A DNA stretch of 64,000 bases from Candidatus Latescibacterota bacterium (lineage in GTDB: Bacteria; Latescibacterota; UBA2968; UBA8231), in assembly GCA_036343635.1 (NCBI GenBank), contig JAYYVF010000055.1:1-64000 (forward strand), in the 5' to 3' direction. Each line of letters begins with the position of its first letter. The first letter of the stretch is position 1. The notes under the pieces are model-generated. The model was not told where the DNA came from. It did not search any database and worked only from the letters and a program-made list of their open reading frames with translations. The translations under genes were made by a program, and so were the position numbers. Shown here in pieces: positions 59,726-64,000 of this stretch.

Positions 59726-59910
59726 ATTTCATCAAGAATAAGTTTTAAATTATTCTCCTACTTTTATTTATAGAATTATAAAAAACAAACAACCATAATA
59801 TTAGACACCCACCATCCCCTAAAAAATCAGTCCCTGAAGATCAAAAATGTGACGTAGATCACAAAAAAATATTAGCGTCTTAATTATCCCCTATCATTTT
59901 TTCCATTCAA

Positions 59911-60816
59911 CTACAATGACGTTAACTCATGTATCAATTTTAATACATGCAACGGTAACGACCCTTTATTGGCCCGAGCTACGTTTGCACGAACATGAGC
60001 GACATTGGTTGTGCCTATTATCGCCGAAGCAACGACAGCGTGAGAAAGAGTAAAACGTAAAGCGCACTCTAACGGATCTTCCCATACACCTTCCTCATTC
60101 AACACCGAAAGAATAGGATCCCAATAAGCCCCTTGATAGAAATAGGGTGATTCAGGCAATAATAATTTGGCATTTGCAATAGGGCGCTTTGCTACGACCC
60201 CTATTCCGGCACGTTCGGCAGCAGGCAGAACCTCCGACAAAGCTGTTTGGTCAAGAATATTGAACGTTACCTGTAACGCATCAAAAACACCCATTCCGAT
60301 CGCACATAAAGCATCTTCACCGTCCCCACTATACCCAACAAAACGCACTTTACCCGCATCACGTTGACGTAAAAGAGCATCCACTGCTTCCCCGGACCGA
60401 AGCACAGAAGCCGAACACGTGTGTAAGTAAACCAAATCCAGATACTCTACGCCCAATCTGCGCAGTGAGCGGTCAATATTTCTCCGTATCACTTCAGGTG
60501 AATACGCAACCCCCTCCTCTTTACCACTTACACACCCACATTTTGTTGCAATAACAAATTCATTTTTGTGGTCTTTAAGAAATTCTCCGATTATCTCTTC
60601 ACTGTTGGTATAACAGTCTGCCGTATCGATAAATGTTATACCTAGTTCTAGAAACGTGTTAAACAATTCCTGGATCTCATCACGAGGCGTCCCCTCGCCA
60701 ATCCGGGCCGCTCCAAAACCATGGCGACTAACCATTAGATCCGTATTACCTAGTGGAACATATTTATTCAAACTAATTCCCTTCAAAGAGAAATTATTTA
60801 CTGCAAACAAAATCAT
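59911..60816 (-). CDS. Aldo/keto reductase family oxidoreductase
   Basis: 301 aa AKR with catalytic tetrad context (FIDTADCY...GYSGDG...). Confidence 0.85.
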   Translation of the reverse strand: MILFAVNNFSLKGISLNKYVPLGNTDLMVSRHGFGAARIGEGTPRDEIQELFNTFLELGITFIDTADCYTNSEEIIGEFLKDHKNEFVIATKCGCVSGKEEGVAYSPEVIRRNIDRSLRRLGVEYLDLVYLHTCSASVLRSGEAVDALLRQRDAGKVRFVGYSGDGEDALCAIGMGVFDALQVTFNILDQTALSEVLPAAERAGIGVVAKRPIANAKLLLPESPYFYQGAYWDPILSVLNEEGVWEDPLECALRFTLSHAVVASAIIGTTNVAHVRANVARANKGSLPLHVLKLIHELTSL

Positions 60817-60894
60817 TCGATACGACCGTTAACGATTAATCTACAAGCAAACACATCGAAACACATACAACCAATATTCAAAAAAATATTACTT

Positions 60895-60937
60895 CACACA
60901 AAAGAAAAGCCCCCGGCAAGAACATTCCGCCGAGGGC
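60895..60937 (-). terminator. Rho-independent terminator downstream of the Glu/Arg-rich repeat gene
   Basis: Minus-strand GCCCTCGGC-loop-GCCGGGGGC hairpin (one mismatch) followed by TTTTCTTTT. Confidence 0.5.
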
Positions 60938-60979
60938 TACCCTTTATACATAGGCCGGAAACGTGCCAGCTAACTAACT

Positions 60980-62431
60980 CTAACGTCCAACCTCAATTCC
61001 TGGCTGCTCATTAGGCGGCGGAGGCACATCTGTACCTGGTCCTCCATTCGGACCAGGACCTCCTGGCATTGATCCACCATCGGGCGGCATAGTCGTAGGA
61101 CCTTCATGGTTCCGGCGTTCCTCTTCTTCACGCCAACGAGCCTCTTCTTCTTGACGCATACGCTCTTCTTCACGCATACGTTTTTCTTCTTCTTCGCGCC
61201 AACGAGCCTCTTCTTCTTCATCGTTCATATGCTCGTCTTCCTGCATGTGATGATCTTCTTCGCGCCAACGAGCCTCTTCTTCTTCATCGTTCATATGCTC
61301 GTCTTCCTGCATATGATGCTCTTCTTCCTCACGCCAGCGTACCTCTTCTTCTTCACGCATACGGTCTTCTTCTTCACGCATACGGTCTTCTTCTTCACGC
61401 ATACGGTCTTCTTCTTCACGCATACGTTTTTCTTCATGGCGCTCCCAGAACTCGTCTCGCTCTCTATTTAATTGTTCATATTCCTGATCGAGTCCTTCCT
61501 CACGACGCTGCATTTTTTCATCCAATCGTTCCCACTGCCTATCGTCTGCATCCTCATTTCGCTGTAGCGCTTGCCGTTCACTGTGACCCTCTTTATGGAT
61601 TTCGATGCGGCGTCTCTCTATCTCAATCTCTCTCTCCATCATTCGCCGTTCGAATTCATACACCTCTTCATCGAAGTATTCACCTTCTTCATTGCGACGA
61701 CGATTAACTTCTCTTTCAAATTCAGCACGGCGATTATCAAGTTCACCCCGCATACGGTCCGATTCTTCACGCATGCGATCTTCTTCTTCGCGCATCTGCT
61801 GCTCTTCTTTGCGTTCCCAAAATTCGTCACGCTCTTGGTTCAACTGCTCATACTCTCGGTCCATATTCTCATGACGACTCTGCTGCTCTTCATCAAGACG
61901 TTCCCATTCATCAGGATCCTGACCGCGCTGGCTACGCCCTAATTCATCACGCCTGCGATTAAATTCTTCTTCCATTTCAAGACGGCGCTCTTCAATCCCG
62001 ACCTCACGTTCCATCATCTGACGATCAAAGTTGTGGATCTCTTCATCAAAATGTTCTCCTTCTTCAGTTCGACGGCGTTCGGCTTCTTTCTCAAATTCGG
62101 CACGCCTATTTCCAATCTCATCGCGCTGGCGATTGGTCCAAAACTCCTGCCTTTCACGATCTAAAGCGCGTCTTTTGCCATCGATCTCGAGTTGTTTTTT
62201 CTCGATTTCGACTTCTTTTTTCATAAACTTCTTTTCGGCCTTGTAGGCTCCCTCATCAAAATACTCGCCGTCTTCTGCTCGACGACGTTCCCACTCATTT
62301 TCAAACTCGTCCTGCATCATCTCTATTTCGGCAAGTCGTCTTTCTAATTCGCTATCCTGCGCAAAAGACGAAACCTCAAGCCCTAACGTAGCGACGAAAG
62401 CAAATCCAAACGCAAACATTAACCTTTGCAT
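60980..62431 (-). CDS. Secreted, extremely Glu/Arg-rich tandem-repeat protein with Pro/Gly-rich C-terminal tail (hypothetical)
   Basis: 483 aa with signal peptide MQRLMFAFGFAFVATLGLEVSSFAQ. Three roughly 130-aa degenerate repeats (RRAEFEKEAERRRTEEGEHFDEE...LDEEQ..EYEQLNQERDEFWER), then EDRMREEE and EEEEARWREE micro-repeats. C-terminal tail PPDGGSMPGGPGPNGGPGTDVPPPP. Confidence 0.6.
   Translation of the reverse strand: MQRLMFAFGFAFVATLGLEVSSFAQDSELERRLAEIEMMQDEFENEWERRRAEDGEYFDEGAYKAEKKFMKKEVEIEKKQLEIDGKRRALDRERQEFWTNRQRDEIGNRRAEFEKEAERRRTEEGEHFDEEIHNFDRQMMEREVGIEERRLEMEEEFNRRRDELGRSQRGQDPDEWERLDEEQQSRHENMDREYEQLNQERDEFWERKEEQQMREEEDRMREESDRMRGELDNRRAEFEREVNRRRNEEGEYFDEEVYEFERRMMEREIEIERRRIEIHKEGHSERQALQRNEDADDRQWERLDEKMQRREEGLDQEYEQLNRERDEFWERHEEKRMREEEDRMREEEDRMREEEDRMREEEEVRWREEEEHHMQEDEHMNDEEEEARWREEDHHMQEDEHMNDEEEEARWREEEEKRMREEERMRQEEEARWREEEERRNHEGPTTMPPDGGSMPGGPGPNGGPGTDVPPPPNEQPGIEVGR
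61124..61440. repeat. Nested DNA tandem repeats inside the Glu/Arg-rich gene
   Basis: A 66-nt unit cgcgccaacgagcctcttcttcttcatcgttcatatgctcgtcttcctgcatgtgatgatcttctt occurs twice (61195-61260, 61261-61326, 2 mismatches) plus a partial copy upstream. A 24-nt unit cacgcatacggtcttcttcttca occurs 3 times (about 61361-61435). Larger diverged repeats of about 385 nt lie 61430-62220. Confidence 0.65.
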
Positions 62432-62620
62432 TATTGATCCTCCCTAAAAATTAGTTCCTTGATAGATTCAAGAAATGATATCTTCATTTTCAAAGTGCAG
62501 AAAAAACATATGCACGATATGTATACAAAATATGCGAACTATATTAGCCTGGTGGTGTGATCTTAATCACGCAGAAACCGAAACAAAAGTATTTATTAGC
62601 TAACGAACCCGATTCGGTAA

Positions 62621-62998
62621 TTATTCGTTGCTCTTCCAGACTGCATAATCCTTACCCGAATTATTGAACTCATAACCAATAACCTCTTCATCGCCGACCA
62701 CCCAACCATCATGCCCTGGGGCAAATGAATAGGCCTCACCTGCTGATACAGTTATCTCTGATCCATCGTCATGGACTACTTTGAGGGTACCCTTTAAAAG
62801 CACCCCGACATGACCTGCCTGACAACTATCCGTACCAACAACCGGTTTTATACACTCGGACCATTTCCAACCCGGTTGTAAAACAATACGTGATGCCGCA
62901 ACCGTACCAAAATTCACAACAGCGGCACTAGTCTTATCTGGTGTTTTTAATTCATCGGGATTATCAAATGATTTTTTTTCAAGATTTGCCATGAACAT
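62621..62998 (-). CDS. Cupin-domain protein
   Basis: 125 aa with cupin beta-barrel motifs (G..H.H......E..YVL.G). No signal peptide. Confidence 0.7.
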   Translation of the reverse strand: MFMANLEKKSFDNPDELKTPDKTSAAVVNFGTVAASRIVLQPGWKWSECIKPVVGTDSCQAGHVGVLLKGTLKVVHDDGSEITVSAGEAYSFAPGHDGWVVGDEEVIGYEFNNSGKDYAVWKSNE

Positions 62999-63050
62999 AC
63001 CCTTTCTAATAAGACCGAGATATCACAGCCAAAACCACCATTCCTCTCGA

Positions 63051-63449
63051 CTATCGAACATACTTATTTTCATAGTCAGGATATTCAGGATCAACCGTAA
63101 CAAGTTCAGTGCTGGACAAAGATTTGATATCATATTGAGAAAAGACCTCGCCGCTGTCCGCGTCAGTAATAGTCAGTCTGGCCCCCTCTATTTTCCAAGT
63201 ATAATTATACTCTTCCCATCCATCATAAACCACAGTGCCATTAGCATTGAACGTCCATGCCAACTGGCCTTCTATTTTCCATCCTCCTACAATTGTTTCA
63301 GAATAGGAATCTTGCGACACGGAAGATGAGGTAGGATTTGAATCGTCATCTCCACATCCCATCCCATTTATCATCAACCCCAAGATCATAATGTATCCCA
63401 AATACTTGTTCATTATATTTTCTCCTCTATGATATAAAAATGCTAACAT
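63051..63449 (-). CDS. Hypothetical small lipoprotein
   Basis: 132 aa with a signal peptide and Cys (…LMINGMGCGDDD). Beta-rich with Trp/Tyr. Confidence 0.5.
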   Translation of the reverse strand: MLAFLYHRGENIMNKYLGYIMILGLMINGMGCGDDDSNPTSSSVSQDSYSETIVGGWKIEGQLAWTFNANGTVVYDGWEEYNYTWKIEGARLTITDADSGEVFSQYDIKSLSSTELVTVDPEYPDYENKYVR

Positions 63450-63697
63450 TGGAATAAGATTATTCCAAAGACTTTTAAACTAATTTTTATAGCTCCAGAA
63501 GTAATCAATAAAACAACTTAGCGGTAAAAATGCTATACTGGAACGAAAATTTTTATTTTAACAAATACATTCGTGAATCAATTAATTCATTATAAGAAAA
63601 GGAGACTTTGACCTACCGTAAGTCTATAAAACAAGAAGCCCCCGGCTAGCTAATGCTTTACCGGAGGACTTCTCTTAGTCGGGTAACAAAGATGTTG

Positions 63698-64000
63698 TTA
63701 CTTATATTGCATAATTATAGTTTTTATATTCGTATCACCAATGTTTTTTGCCCGATGTCTTACAATATCTTTTGAAAAACCTGTAGCTCCATCCGGGAGA
63801 TTTTTTTCCTTCTTCGTTCCGTCTGGCAGAGTAATCTCGAGTTTACCGCCTCTAACAAAATAGGTAGCGTATGCACCATGCTCATGCATGGCGTTGCTCT
63901 CACCAGTTGATAAAGTGCCACCTAGTACTTTGACCATGTCGTTTTCAAACAACAATTTACACTTGTCAGGAAAAACTACTTCAGGAGACAGTTCATCCGT
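63698..64000 (-). CDS. Cupin-like protein, probably partial (frame open to window end)
   Basis: The ORF-track copy starts at TTG 63955, but the frame stays open upstream to position 64000 (…TDELSPEVVFPDKCKLLFENDMVKVLGG…). Cupin-like GAYATYFVRGG... Confidence 0.45.
   Translation of the reverse strand, partial: TDELSPEVVFPDKCKLLFENDMVKVLGGTLSTGESNAMHEHGAYATYFVRGGKLEITLPDGTKKEKNLPDGATGFSKDIVRHRAKNIGDTNIKTIIMQYK

Noticed and set aside
61195-61440. Tandem direct repeats as a possible CRISPR array
   Set aside because: The units are contiguous with no unique spacers. They lie inside a coding frame that reads through them. No cas genes are present, and no CRISPR-like repeat or spacer periodicity is seen anywhere in the window.
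61106-61942. Plus-strand ORFs (FFFTHT..., 121 and 123 aa) and other small ORFs inside the repeat gene
   Set aside because: These are low-complexity reading-frame artefacts of the GAA/GAG/CGN-rich minus-strand repeat gene. The minus-strand frame has the signal peptide and the coherent repeat structure.

Overview
This is a bacterial chromosomal window at roughly 43-45% GC. Most of it is housekeeping sequence with short intergenic gaps and frequent overlapping start/stop codons. Runs that look co-transcribed are listed below.

- hflC (partial), hflK on the minus strand, then clpP on the plus strand and an EpmA/GenX-like class-II lysyl-tRNA-synthetase paralog, clpX, a cold-shock-domain protein, an AI-2E transporter, a cNMP-binding protein, holA, rnr.
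- A cluster with a sigma-70 factor, rph, a DnaC/IstB-like ATPase, smpB, tRNA-Leu(CAG), and downstream glyoxalase and YceI genes.
- A single-strand respiratory supercluster (25.9-38.3 kb): the complete alternative complex III operon actABCDEF, a small membrane protein, SCO1/SenC, and the caa3-type cytochrome c oxidase genes coxB-coxA-coxC-coxIV. It ends in a strong bidirectional terminator.
- A cobalamin block on the minus strand: a clear cobalamin riboswitch (B12 box plus GGGAAGGCGGTGTGAATCCGCC...GCCACTGTGA core), then btuD-btuF-btuC, a sulfotransferase-family gene and PduO-type ATP:cob(I)alamin adenosyltransferase.
- An Mla-like lipid ABC operon (MlaE-MlaF-MlaD plus an outer-membrane beta-barrel protein), msrAB, purT, an aldo/keto reductase, and tRNA-Arg(CCT) on the minus strand.

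The most unusual features are:
- a P-loop ATPase translationally overlapped with a coiled-coil protein ending in a J-domain;
- a Zn-ribbon/coiled-coil protein with a degenerate GGDEF domain;
- a solitary fliG with no other flagellar genes nearby;
- a two-small-gene cassette in an AT-rich pocket;
- a signal-peptide-bearing, extremely Glu/Arg-rich protein (60980-62431) built from nested tandem DNA repeats.

No CRISPR array, integrase or transposase was seen. Several long ORFs in the six-frame track are antisense or low-complexity artefacts.
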